A stretch of DNA of 64,000 nucleotides, taken from the NCBI GenBank assembly GCA_964035575.1, contig OZ037837.1:124001-188000 (forward strand), read 5' to 3'. The DNA is from Rhynchopus sp. YZ270_cl-10. Lineage: Eukaryota. How positions within the stretch are numbered: the stretch's first letter is position 1; every line of letters starts with the position of its first letter. Of this stretch, positions 11,159 to 21,459 are shown one piece after another. A program made the translations under genes and the position numbers. The notes under the pieces are model-generated. The model was not told the DNA's origin, made no database searches, and saw nothing but the letters and a program-made list of their open reading frames with translations.

Positions 11159-12857
11159 TTATTTATCACCCTGACGCAGGTTGCGAAGGAGGTCCTTCAG
11201 TTTGTAGTTCTTTCCGCTGAGAAACATCTTTATTTTGGTCTTCGTGCCTATCACAAGTGAGTTGATCTTGCTGATCCGCACTACGTGTTCCACAGCTCTG
11301 CTGCAGCCGTTGAGGCGTATCCTCTTCAACGCTGTGCAGTTGTGAAGAAAGTTGCAGTCACCTACGTAAGTCGTCTTTGCAGAGTGGGACAGGTCCACTT
11401 CCGTCAGGCTGCTGCAGCCGGAGAGAAAGTACGCACCAATTCTCACAGTGCTCGTGAGAGGCGACAAGTCCACAGCTGTTAGCTTGACGCAGTTGGCAAG
11501 AAAGTGTCTCTCAATTCCCATGACCTTCTTCGGTAAGTCCAGTGTTGTTAAGCTGCTGCAGTTGGAAAGAAAGGTGCTCGCGTATCAGCGACAGCTCTGT
11601 CAAGGGAGCCAAGCTCAGTGCTGTGATGCTTTCGCAGTTGTGAAGAAAGTAGTTGCCGATGTGCGTCACCTTCCTGAGTGGCGACAGGTCCAGTTCTGTT
11701 AAGCTTCTGCAGTTCGACAGAAAGTGTTCACCTATTTGCGTGACCCTGCTCAGCGCGGACAGGTTTACTGTTCTCAAGCTTGTGCAGCCACCCAGAAAAG
11801 AGTCCCCAACACTCACAAGACTGCTCAACGGCGACAGGTCCAGCACTGTTATGTTACTGCAATCGCCGAGAAAGTGGTTACCAATGTGCGTAACGCTGAC
11901 CAACTTGGACAAGTCCACTGCTGACAAGCTGTTGCACTCGGAAAGAAAGTTACTACCCACATGAACAACTCTGCTGAGCGGCGGAAGGTCTAGCGTTGTC
12001 AACTTGGTGCAGCGGGAAAGAAAGTCATCACTTATCCGCACAACCCTGCTGAGTGGCGACAGGTCCAGCTTTGTCAGGCCGCTGCAGTGGTACAGAAAGT
12101 AACTCTCTATCTCCTCCACCAGGCTGAGTGGCGACAGGTCCAAAGTGGTCAAGCCCACACAAGACATCAGAAACCTACCACCAACCTTCGTGACTCTGCT
12201 GAAAGGCGTCAAATCCAGCACTCTCAAGCATCCGCAGTTGTAGAGAAAGCAGTCCTCAATCACCGTTACGTTGCTTTGTGCTGGCAGGTCTAGTTGTGTC
12301 AGGCTTGTGCACACAGCGAGAAATTGCTCGCCTATTTGTGTTAGTTCGTTCAGAGACGAGAGGTCCAGTTGTGTTAAACTTATGCAGTCGGAGAGAAAGT
12401 AGTGACCAATGCTGGTCAGATGTGGCGCAACACTGAGATCAAGCGTCGTTATCGTTGTGTCCTGTAAGAAGTTGTCCGGAACAGCAGGGGACACCTCGGC
12501 CTGCAGAAGCAAACACGCAATCTTTGGGTCTCTCTCGTGTTTCAGGGTGTACACTGACACAAAATCTTCACCGAATTCCTCGTCTGAGGACACGTCACCA
12601 TCCAGCACCCCGAGTGCCTCGAGTTCTGCAAGCGCCTCGTGCTTCAGCGTCTTCGTGAGCAAGATTGTGTCACCAGCACTCAGTTCTGTGATGTCCTCTC
12701 CTTCGTCCTTCCCTCCGAAGCCCATGCGGAAGCTGTCCTCAGCCAACCCCACTGCAGACGCCACCTTCTGCCGCATCGTCACCACTGTGTCATCCACACC
12801 CACCTCGATCACGTACGAGCTGTCATTGCCGCCTTTGTTGATGATGGTCACTTCCAT
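11159..12857 (-). pseudogene. Ubl + LRR paralog with a single +1 frameshift near 11574 (pseudogene or sequencing error)
   Basis: Same Ubl domain and a longer LRR array. Removing one base from CAC-C-TTT-CTT-TCC-AAC restores HFLSNCSSLTTLDLPKKVMGIERHFLANC and joins ORFs 11511-13379 and 11159-11521. Confidence 0.8.
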
Positions 12858-14144
12858 TTGTCTTCCTTTTGTGTTCCTCTGTTGTGGTGGGGTTGTGGGG
12901 TTGGGGCAACAACGTGTCGGCCACGTTCCTGACGGACACTGAGTCATTTTCACTCTTTCAAATATGTGTTGCTGCTGAACACAAGACAGAAGTGCTGTGG
13001 ACATCTTCTTCGTGGAGCTGCAGCACTCATAAGCGAGGATAACGCAAAGGAACACAAAACTCTTAACGTGCACACTTTGTTTATTCTCTACGGCAAAAGA
13101 TCTCAAGCAGGGGGAAGCCGTTGAAGAAATGGCCTGACCACGAAGAAAGGTAACGAAACCTTCATTCGTGTTGCTACTCTCTGGACAAAGTGGCTGCGTT
13201 ATTGCGCAGGCAACGACAACGAGAAATAGTACTGACCTTGAGCCTCTTTTTGACACCGTGGTCATTATAGATGGAAAAACGATCAACAGGGCACAACACC
13301 AAAACACCCGCATTGGGGTGCACGCGTTGTGTGTTGTTACCATATTGCTGTCCTTGGTAAAAAAGGACGGGGGAAACAAACAAAAATAACAGAGTGCTGG
13401 TAGACATTACCAAAGACACAAAAGCAGAAAACAAAACTACAAAACAACGACACAAGTGGTAAGCGTAGTAAGGGGGTGCAAGCCACACAAATCCAAAGAT
13501 GCGCCAGCATGTGAACACATCTGTCGAACTGCAAGAAGCAAAGCGCACCACCCCCATGCGAGAACCACAAATGAAGAAAACAAGAAAAGGAGTGCATCAC
13601 GAAAAACGCGTTCTTAGCAAACATGGTTGTCTTAGTGCAAGACACCCAGAGGATGAGCTGCACTATTACCAAGGGTTTTTTTAGATGTTTTTGAAAACTT
13701 GGTGCGTATATCTTATTGCCCTTACCTCATGAGCTAGCATCCTCGGGGAAGACTGCCCCACGTAACATCACTTAAGCAGCGCCTGCACGGTAGACCGCGC
13801 AGGCTAGGGAAGTGGTCAGAAAACACACATAAATGGGGGGGGTACACTTTCACAGGAATATATCAAACAAAATATCGGTCAAGAAAGGCCGTAGTACCGC
13901 CTTTTCAACCTTACGCTTAATATCCTCGCACGCCACATGCAGAAAAAAAAATGAAGATTCACAAGAAAACCCATAGGTTACGCTTAGCATTCCCACGAGG
14001 TGTATTCAATACAAATCTCCACACGCCACACAGGAAGCGCCCCAAATACTATCAAAAAATGGAGTGGGACTCAAACACAGAAAAGGATGACAAAAACGAG
14101 AAAAAAAAGAATGAAAATTCAAATGCAAAAAAAGAAAGCCCTCC

Positions 14145-14822
14145 TCACTGCTTCCTCAGAACTGTGTTGGGGTCGCTTACACGTCGTGTTGCGCTGACTT
14201 CTTGGCAGTCCTCGTTGCAGTGTTCGGTGTCTGGCGGGCAGCAGTAGTAACTTGAGAGTTCAGGGTCGTGGCAGCACTTCATGCCCGCACCCTCGCAGAT
14301 GAAACCGCCACAGCACGTCTCCTGGCTTGGGTAGTACTTCAGGCCAAAGCCGTAGGTAATGCTAACGCAGCACTGCTCGTCGGGGTTCATGCACCCACAC
14401 TGCGTGTCGCAGGACTGCAGAGGCGAGCATAGTTGGATGCCTTGGTGGCCTGCGTCGAACTGATAGACACAGCACGACTCGTGTGCGGGGGTGAAGCACT
14501 GCCGGTACGGTGCCACGCCCGATGGAGACCCAGGCACAATGCAGCATGCATCTCCTGCACTGCAGCCACCTCCTGCAGTGCACGTGCCCGACACATCCAT
14601 ACCGCACTTTCCTTCATCGTCGTTGTACCCACAGTGTTGCACCTTCTTGTCGCATGTCTGTGGCGTGCCGTAGGCTCCCACGCAGCAGATCTCGCGTGTC
14701 GGGTCGTAGCATTTGCCGTACTGAGGAACGGAGCAGCACACCCTGTTGCCTCCACACCCGTCGGGAACGCATGGCTCTGCAAGTGCAGACGCAGTCACTA
14801 CCAATACGGTAAAGGCTTTCAT
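14145..14822 (-). CDS. Secreted cysteine-rich protein with repeated (Y/F)xPxxExCC motifs
   Basis: Signal peptide MKAFTVLVVTASALA. Motifs CYDPTREICC, CFTPAHESCC, CMNPDEQCC, YYPSQETCC. Confidence 0.85.
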   Translation of the reverse strand: MKAFTVLVVTASALAEPCVPDGCGGNRVCCSVPQYGKCYDPTREICCVGAYGTPQTCDKKVQHCGYNDDEGKCGMDVSGTCTAGGGCSAGDACCIVPGSPSGVAPYRQCFTPAHESCCVYQFDAGHQGIQLCSPLQSCDTQCGCMNPDEQCCVSITYGFGLKYYPSQETCCGGFICEGAGMKCCHDPELSSYYCCPPDTEHCNEDCQEVSATRRVSDPNTVLRKQ

Positions 14823-15182
14823 AGATGTGTGTGTTTTGCTCTGAAGGGGGGTTGGGTGAGGAATGTGGGTGGAGAAAACACACACAGCGAGCGAGGCTCG
14901 CATCGAATGAGACTGTGTGATGCAAAAAAAGAGAGAGAGATAAATAAATGAGTGCTCTTTATTTATTTAGCCGGAGAAGGCTGTCACGATCCAGTTGCAA
15001 GGGACCCACCTTATCTACACATTAAGTATTCAAAAAAAAAATGCAAAGGACACACCCTAGTGCCTCTAGGACGTTGCGTGAAGGAGAGCAATGTCGCACC
15101 CCACCCCCAAAAGACATGCATATATGCGTGATGCACTACTACTCCTATACCCACCCGGTTACTTTGCCATGAGGCATACAAT

Positions 15183-16607
15183 CTATTTCGCGTCTTGAGG
15201 CTGACCAGGGCCCTCTGCAGGATGTGTTGCATTCTGCACAAGGGTTGTGTTATTTGTGGAGGTGTCATTCGCAGGTCCCGTGACGTTCCCCACAGGCGGA
15301 GCACCAGGTGCGCTTGTTGTTTCTCGGGGCACATCCCCTGGTGTGGCTGTCACGTTTTGTGTGCTTGCGTTAGTTGCGTTCTGTACTGGTGCATCTGGAA
15401 CAGGATCGGGAACAGGCTCCTCCACGTGTCGCAGGACACGTGTTGGCAGAACCTCATCAGGGGGTATGCACATATTGGCCAAAGCCAGAAGAAGGGAGTG
15501 TATGTTGACTGAAGGTACGTGGATGTGGTCTTCGTACACAAAGTCGTACATGTTTTGATCAGCCACACGAGTCGCAAGGCGTTCCTCATCAATGACCGTC
15601 ACCTTTGTGTTCTGGAAGACTGTGCGGATGCGTTCGTTGACGGCCTTCACTTCTGCGTTGATGATGTCGAGTGCAGGTGGCTTAGAGATGGGCCCTCCCT
15701 TCTTGTGTTTGCGCATGGGGACGATTGTTCTGAAGAAGACACGGGTGCCGTTTGCGGCCATATCGATCAGGTGGCAGGCGAGCTTGTCCAACTGCTCGAA
15801 GGTGTCCTTTATGTCAGCTCTAAAGCAGTTCTGCATGCCTGTGCCCATGATGAGGATGTCCGGCCTTTCGATGCCAAGATGCTTCCCAGTCGCGATGTCC
15901 AAGTTGTGCGTGCCCAGATAGGTGAACAGCGTCTCGTTCCCCCAGAACGTCAAGGACGGCACGTACACAGTGTGCAGGGGTCCCTCGGACAGCACCCCGC
16001 AGTGATCCAGGCAATGTTTCTGGTGCACCTTGCGGCTCTTCTTCCCCTTCATGCGCTTGCGGACAGCACGTACCCCATTCAAGAAGCGGAGGAACGAGTA
16101 GATCAACTGCCGCGACAGTGAGTTGCCAGTGAACAGCATGGTCTTGTTAGCAAGGCACGTCGCAATACGTTCCTTCCAAGTGTCCTCCAGACCCAGCTGG
16201 ATCAGCTTCCCCGTCTCAGGGTACTTCAGTTGCGGGAGTGCGCACGCAGCAGGCTCGGACAGGTTGAAGTATGCTTCAGGGTCTGTCTTCCCACTGTCGT
16301 ACCACACAGGCACCCAGTCCCCATGGTAGCAGCTCTCGGGGATGCTGCGCACGGCAAGTGTGCGGCCATGGTTCGCCCTTGCGAGGATGGTGTCGTCCTG
16401 TGGGAAGGCGTGGTGCTGTTCAATGCGTGGTGCAGACAGGTTGAAGTCGTATGCAGGCTTTGGGCGTTCGAGCGGCTCTGGGGGCACAATGGCTTCACAT
16501 GTCTGGTGCGCGTTGCCTTGCTTGGGTCGGAAGAGCCCTGAGACGTGCATCTGTCGGACGACTACACATAACAGGGCAACGGCGAGCAAACCTGTAACAG
16601 TACGCAT
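15183..16607 (-). CDS. PC-esterase/TBL-like SGNH-fold acylesterase or O-acetyltransferase, N-terminal signal-anchor, paralog 1
   Basis: Hydrophobic N-terminus; LANKTMLFTGNSLSRQ (GDS-like block I), PDILIMGTG, VFFRT and a C-terminal DxxH (EDHIH). T/N/P-rich tail. Confidence 0.8.
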   Translation of the reverse strand: MRTVTGLLAVALLCVVVRQMHVSGLFRPKQGNAHQTCEAIVPPEPLERPKPAYDFNLSAPRIEQHHAFPQDDTILARANHGRTLAVRSIPESCYHGDWVPVWYDSGKTDPEAYFNLSEPAACALPQLKYPETGKLIQLGLEDTWKERIATCLANKTMLFTGNSLSRQLIYSFLRFLNGVRAVRKRMKGKKSRKVHQKHCLDHCGVLSEGPLHTVYVPSLTFWGNETLFTYLGTHNLDIATGKHLGIERPDILIMGTGMQNCFRADIKDTFEQLDKLACHLIDMAANGTRVFFRTIVPMRKHKKGGPISKPPALDIINAEVKAVNERIRTVFQNTKVTVIDEERLATRVADQNMYDFVYEDHIHVPSVNIHSLLLALANMCIPPDEVLPTRVLRHVEEPVPDPVPDAPVQNATNASTQNVTATPGDVPRETTSAPGAPPVGNVTGPANDTSTNNTTLVQNATHPAEGPGQPQDAK

Positions 16608-17253
16608 ACAGCAACCGTGTGTCCTGAAGGGTGCATGGGGTGAGTGGCGGGGAGGAAGATTGGTTACAGGGGCACGTGGAGGTGCATCGCAAGCAAATGA
16701 AAGAAGAAGTACGAAAATTGTTATTAATGCATGAGTCGTAACGAAGTCATGCTACGCGAAAGATGAAGTTAAAAAGAACAAAAATAAAAATAATTATAGC
16801 AACACAACACACACCGCAGGGGTAAAAACTAAGGTGTATGTTGGGATCCTAAAACTCTCCTCCGATGTTCGTTGTGTTACTGTACAAAAATTGAAAATGC
16901 AAAAAAAAAAAAACGCTTCTGGAAAACCTTCCACGTTTGGAGGACTCTAAAGAGATGGTTAAATCAAGAAAGGTCGACCCCCTCAGCTGGAGATCAAAAT
17001 GGGCAGCTAGTTGGATTTTGATGTAAATCAGTTCCATTTAAAGCGCAATACGCAGAGCGCCAACAAACAGCTTCCGCACCAAGGCATCACTTCCTAAAGG
17101 TCACCTAACCTGAAGAGGGGCATACAGAGTGCAGCCACAGGTGGCATTCGCCACCGCATGGCCAAGGACATCGCAACACAACACAACACCGCTGGTGCAC
17201 TGATCCAAAGCAGGAAGGACGCTTCGTCAGTCTGCTTCTCAGGGCACGTGCCC

Positions 17254-18525
17254 TTATGGGACTGTTACGTTTTGTGTGCTTGCGTTAGTTGCGTTCTGTA
17301 CTGGTGCATCTGGAACAGGATCGGGAACAGGCTCCTCCACGTGTCGCAGGACACGTGTTGGCAGAACCTCATCAGGGGGTATGCACATATTGGCCAAAGC
17401 CAGAAGAAGGGAGTGTATGTTGACTGAAGGTACGTGGACGTGGTCCTGGTACACAAAGTCATAAACATCCTGCTCAGCCACACGAGTCGCAAGGCGTTCC
17501 TCATCAATGACCGTCACCTTTGTGTTCTGGAAGACTGTGCGGATGCGTTCGTTGACGGCCTTCACTTCTGCGTTGATCAGGTCAAGTGAAGGTGGCTTAG
17601 AGATGGGCCCTCCCCTCCTGTGTTTGCGCATGGGGACGATTGTTCTGAAGAAGACACGGGTGCCGTTTGCGGCCATGTCGATCAGGTGGCAGGCGAGCTT
17701 GTCCAGCTGCTCGAAGGTTTCTGTGTGATTGCCGGCGATACAGTTCTTGAGTCCTGTGCCAGTCACGAGGATGTCCGGCCTTTCGATGCCGAGATGCACT
17801 CCGTGCGCGACGGCGATGTTGTGGTCCTCGTGGTAAGGGCGAAAAGCAGTCTCGTTCCCCCAGAACGTCAAGGACGGCACGTACACAGTGTGCACGGGGC
17901 CTTCGGACAGCATCCCGCAGTGCTCCAGGCACTGCGTCTGGTACACCTTGCGGCTCCTCTTCCAGCGTGTGCGCTTGCGGACAGCACGTTCCCCAGTCAG
18001 CAAGCGCTTGAAGGAGTAGATCAACTGCCGCGACAGCGAGTTGCCAGTGAACAGCATGGTCTTGTTAGCAAGGCACGTCGCAATACGTTCCTTCCAAGTG
18101 TCCTCCAGACCCAGCTGGATCAGCTTCCCCGTCTCAGGGTACTTCAGTTGCGGGAGTGCGCACGCAGCAGGCTCGGACAGGTTGAAGTATGCTTCAGGGT
18201 CTGTCTTCCCACTGTCGTACCACACAGGCACCCAGTCCCCATGGTAGCAGCTCTCGGGGATGCTGCGCACGGCAAGTGTGCGGCCATGGTTCGCCCTTGC
18301 GAGGATGGTGTCGTCCTGTGGGAAGGCGTGGTGCTGTTCAATGCGTGGTGCAGACAGGTTGAAGTCGTATGCAGGCTTTGGGCGTTCGAGCGGCTCTGGG
18401 GGCACAATGGCTTCACATGTCTGGTGCGCGTTGCCTTGCTTGGGTCGGAAGAGCCCTGAGACCTGCACCTGTCGGACGACTACACACAACAGTGTGGAGC
18501 AGGTAATAAAGGAGAATGCGCGCAT
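17254..18525 (-). CDS. PC-esterase/TBL-like SGNH-fold protein, paralog 2 (shorter tail)
   Basis: Same motifs (GNS, QDHVH). Long blocks identical to paralog 1. Start placed at ATG 18525. Confidence 0.8.
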   Translation of the reverse strand: MRAFSFITCSTLLCVVVRQVQVSGLFRPKQGNAHQTCEAIVPPEPLERPKPAYDFNLSAPRIEQHHAFPQDDTILARANHGRTLAVRSIPESCYHGDWVPVWYDSGKTDPEAYFNLSEPAACALPQLKYPETGKLIQLGLEDTWKERIATCLANKTMLFTGNSLSRQLIYSFKRLLTGERAVRKRTRWKRSRKVYQTQCLEHCGMLSEGPVHTVYVPSLTFWGNETAFRPYHEDHNIAVAHGVHLGIERPDILVTGTGLKNCIAGNHTETFEQLDKLACHLIDMAANGTRVFFRTIVPMRKHRRGGPISKPPSLDLINAEVKAVNERIRTVFQNTKVTVIDEERLATRVAEQDVYDFVYQDHVHVPSVNIHSLLLALANMCIPPDEVLPTRVLRHVEEPVPDPVPDAPVQNATNASTQNVTVP

Positions 18526-18960
18526 GTGTACAAAACGTCCCTGTGTGAGTGTGGCAGGGTGGGTGTTTAATAAAATAGCAGCTATTTTCATGTGGACTGT
18601 CTCTGAAGTACACAGAGTACTTGACGAATATCGCAGTCGTGAAACTGTCGCAATGAACGAACAACGATAAAGTCGGTCTTGTGCTGAAGTGCAATCAAAC
18701 AGTAGGGGTGAAGGAGGAGGGGGAGTAACAAATAGGGAGTGGGAATTCTGTCTTATCCTTTGCTCTTTTACAAAGCCTGCATGTCATTGCTTCTTCATCT
18801 TTTTAATCTTCTTTTTCGTGCAGACTACCGTTCGTTTAGTTGTCACGCTCGTATCCTCGACGGTTAACTATTCTCTCGCGTTGTCTCTCGCTGTCGACTT
18901 CTTCCCACACCAAACCCATTCGATAATAGCCTATAGCGGCTAGTGCGGTCACGCGCCACT

Positions 18961-19975
18961 TCAGTACCCAGCAGCGTCCTCAATGGGACGCTCCCACGTG
19001 GTGTCGCCAGTGGCAGTGTAGTAGTATGTCTGTGTCATGTGTGCAGTGTTGTCGTATGTGCTGTGTTGCATACCTTCCCAGAGGTGGGGTCCTTTGCCTC
19101 GTAGTACTGCTTCCCGCCAGACTGGATCATCGATCCTGTCGCCGTCCCAGACGCGCTCGTTGTGGCTGCTGCCGGCTGTGCGTAGCCACCACCACCTCCT
19201 CCGTAGCTCGCAGGCTGCTGGCCGTAGCCACCTCCTCCACCGTAGCCACCACCACCGCTGTTGTAGCCACCCCCGTAGCCTCCACCGCCAGAGTTGTAGC
19301 CACCACCGTAGCCGCCCTGGTTGTAGCCTCCCTTCCCACCTCCCTTCCCGCCCTTGCCACCACCCTTCCCACCCTTCTTCCCGCCACCTCCGCCGTAGTG
19401 CTGCTGCTGGTAGTTGTTGTACCCACCAGGGGCACTCACGCTTCCGTACAGCTGTGCGTTCTCCGTCTGCTGCGTCTGCTGCTTGGCTCCAGGTGCCTCA
19501 GCAAGCCTGTCGTGTGTGTGTGTGGAGTGTGGAGTGTGAAGTGTGAAGTGTGGAGTGAGATCAACATACTTGACAAGGATCCCGTTGGTGTCACCATCGG
19601 GGCACTCGCTCTTGTGCATTGCCCCAATAGCCTTCTGTGCGGAGTCAGCGTTGTCGTACGTCACAAACCCACTGTAGCGTCCAGTCTTCGACTTGCGGTC
19701 GTTCATCACAAACACCTTCGTGATGTTGCCGAAGACGCCAAAGTTCTCCTGCAGCCATTGCTGTGTTGTGGTGTGGAATACAATGTGCGGTACCTACCTC
19801 ACGGATACAGAAAAGAGGTGAACGATGACCCTAAGCCTCTGCTTCGCTACGAATGAAAGGGAAAAAACAGAAAAGGGAGGGCTGCCTCTTGAGGAAGAAA
19901 CAGTGCACATACGTCACCCATTGTCTCGCCCAGGTTGGCGATGTACAGCCTCGTGCCTGGTGCGACGTCGGTCAT
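18961..19975 (-). CDS. RRM + Gly/Tyr-rich + WW-domain RNA-binding protein, copy 1 (4 exons: 19975-19913, 19760-19570, 19506-19074, 19029-18961)
   Basis: Splicing three GTATGY..ACAG introns gives MTDVAPGTRLYIANLGETMGD|QWLQENFGVFGNITKVFVM..SGFVTY..ILVK|LAEAPG..YYEAKDPTSGK|TYYYTATGDTTWERP. Exon phases sum correctly. Confidence 0.9.
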
Positions 19976-20077
19976 TGTTGCTTTTTGTTTTCTTTTTGTT
20001 AATCCTGCGTGGGTTTGAAGTAAAAATGATTGATTGCCCTTCTACCTGGAGGTGGGGTGCACACATACAAAAATAAT

Positions 20078-20160
20078 TTTCTGAAAGTGTTTACGTTTTT
20101 GGGTACGGGACGGAGAATAAAATAGAGAAAAGAAACGCAAGCTTGTTGATTTATCTTGTC
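20078..20160. repeat. Conserved ~90-bp intergenic motif, also at ~29500-29596, ~35621-35696 and ~60095-60190
   Basis: Core ACGTTTTTGGGTACGGGGCGGAGAATAAAAT...AAAGAAAYGC...ATCTTGT, in the same orientation in all four copies. Confidence 0.75.
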
Positions 20161-20364
20161 AAAATAATAGTTGAAGATGCACTGAGGATACCCACATATG
20201 GGTTACGTTGGTTATAGAGTCGCTCGTTTAATTGGTCTTGTTTTTGTTTTGTTTTTTAGTTTGATGCAATGTGTATTGAAGCGGATTGAACCGCATTCAC
20301 CTCTAAGAAGGCTTGACACCTCTAGACCCCAAAATCCCTTTTCCAGTAAATCAGAAGTAGGAGG

Positions 20365-20720
20365 TTTGCACGTCAACACCGCAACGGTCCTCCACCAGAG
20401 TTTCCCCCGGCTTCGACCTATCCAGGCATAGTTCACCATCTTTCGGGTCCCAACAATGTGTACTTTACCTCAAATCCCTTTCCAGTAAATCAGGATCGGG
20501 CTGTGCTGCGTCCTCAAGGATTGGCACATCTCCCTTTCAGTGCGGCTTATGGGTTTGACACCCTAAGCCTTGCACACGTGTTAGACTCCTTGGTCCGTGT
20601 TTCAAGACGGGTAGTTAAAGGTCGCTATGTCAGGTGCCCACCCTACGTAAACTAATATGAGATACACACGCCTCACAAAGACCGCAACCCGAAGGAGTGA
20701 TACTTAATGAGGGGGGACGT
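20365..20720 (-). rRNA. Isolated fragment (pseudogene) of eukaryotic LSU/28S rRNA, D2-D3 region
   Basis: Reverse complement contains the conserved 28S strings ACCCGTCTTGAAACACGGACCAAGGAGTCTAAC and GGGACCCGAAAGATGGTGAACTATGCCTG...GACGTGCAAA. No surrounding operon. The boundary near 20720 is approximate. Confidence 0.9.
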
Positions 20721-21459
20721 AAACTGGTCCTTACATCTCCCGTTCAGTGCGGCTTGTTCAGTATGGGATTGGTACCCTAAACCCCTTGAGGGGAGCACAC
20801 GTGTTAAACTCTTTGACCCGTGTTTTTTAATACGGATAGTTGAATGTCGCTATGCCAGGTGCTCTAACCCAAATAAGGTGTTAGTTCAGAATTATATCCT
20901 TTTTCCCATCCTTCTTTTCCAACCCCTACCCATACCAGATATTGTTTTTGTCCTTGGCAGATTTCATTTTCCTCTTTTCGCATTTTTTTTGTTTTGTTTT
21001 CGTTATTTTTTTTGTAGTGACTGACGTTGCGCGATGAACAAAATACAACCAAAAATAGAACCCTCAATTTTCAGACAGTCCAGATACCTTTGTTGCATCA
21101 GCAATTCGCCCCGAGGAGGCTCTTAAACCCTCAACAGGATAACACAGCACACCTCATCACTCCCTTAATTTTTTTGTTGTCTCTTTTATTTCAATATAAT
21201 CACTCAATTTCACCCCACGATGAGGTGCATTTTATCCCGCAAAAAATTTTTTTTTGGTAATTTTATTGGCTCAGAATAGCTGCCAAAAAAGACAGTCTTT
21301 TCACTGTTTTTTTTTTTTTTTTATATCCTTCTTGCTTCCTTTCTCTGCCGTTACATCGTTTTTTTTTCACCAAAAAAAGAAGAAGAAAAATTATTAGATT
21401 GAACTAAGATACCCCCTGCCATCTCTCCCCCTAATCCCCTCCCCCTTTAATCCATCTCT

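Noticed and set aside
19035..19715. 226-aa ORF as a complete gene (also 25764-26444)
   Set aside because: It reads through introns and lacks RNP2 and the end of the WW domain. The spliced 4-exon model explains the locus better.
19775..19860. Possible intronic snoRNA in intron 1 of the RRM gene
   Set aside because: No clear C/D or H/ACA boxes. Conservation between copies 1 and 3 is explained by recent duplication.
20270..20330. GCGG-TTCAAT-CCGC T-arm-like hairpin suggesting a tRNA
   Set aside because: I could not build acceptor, D or anticodon arms.
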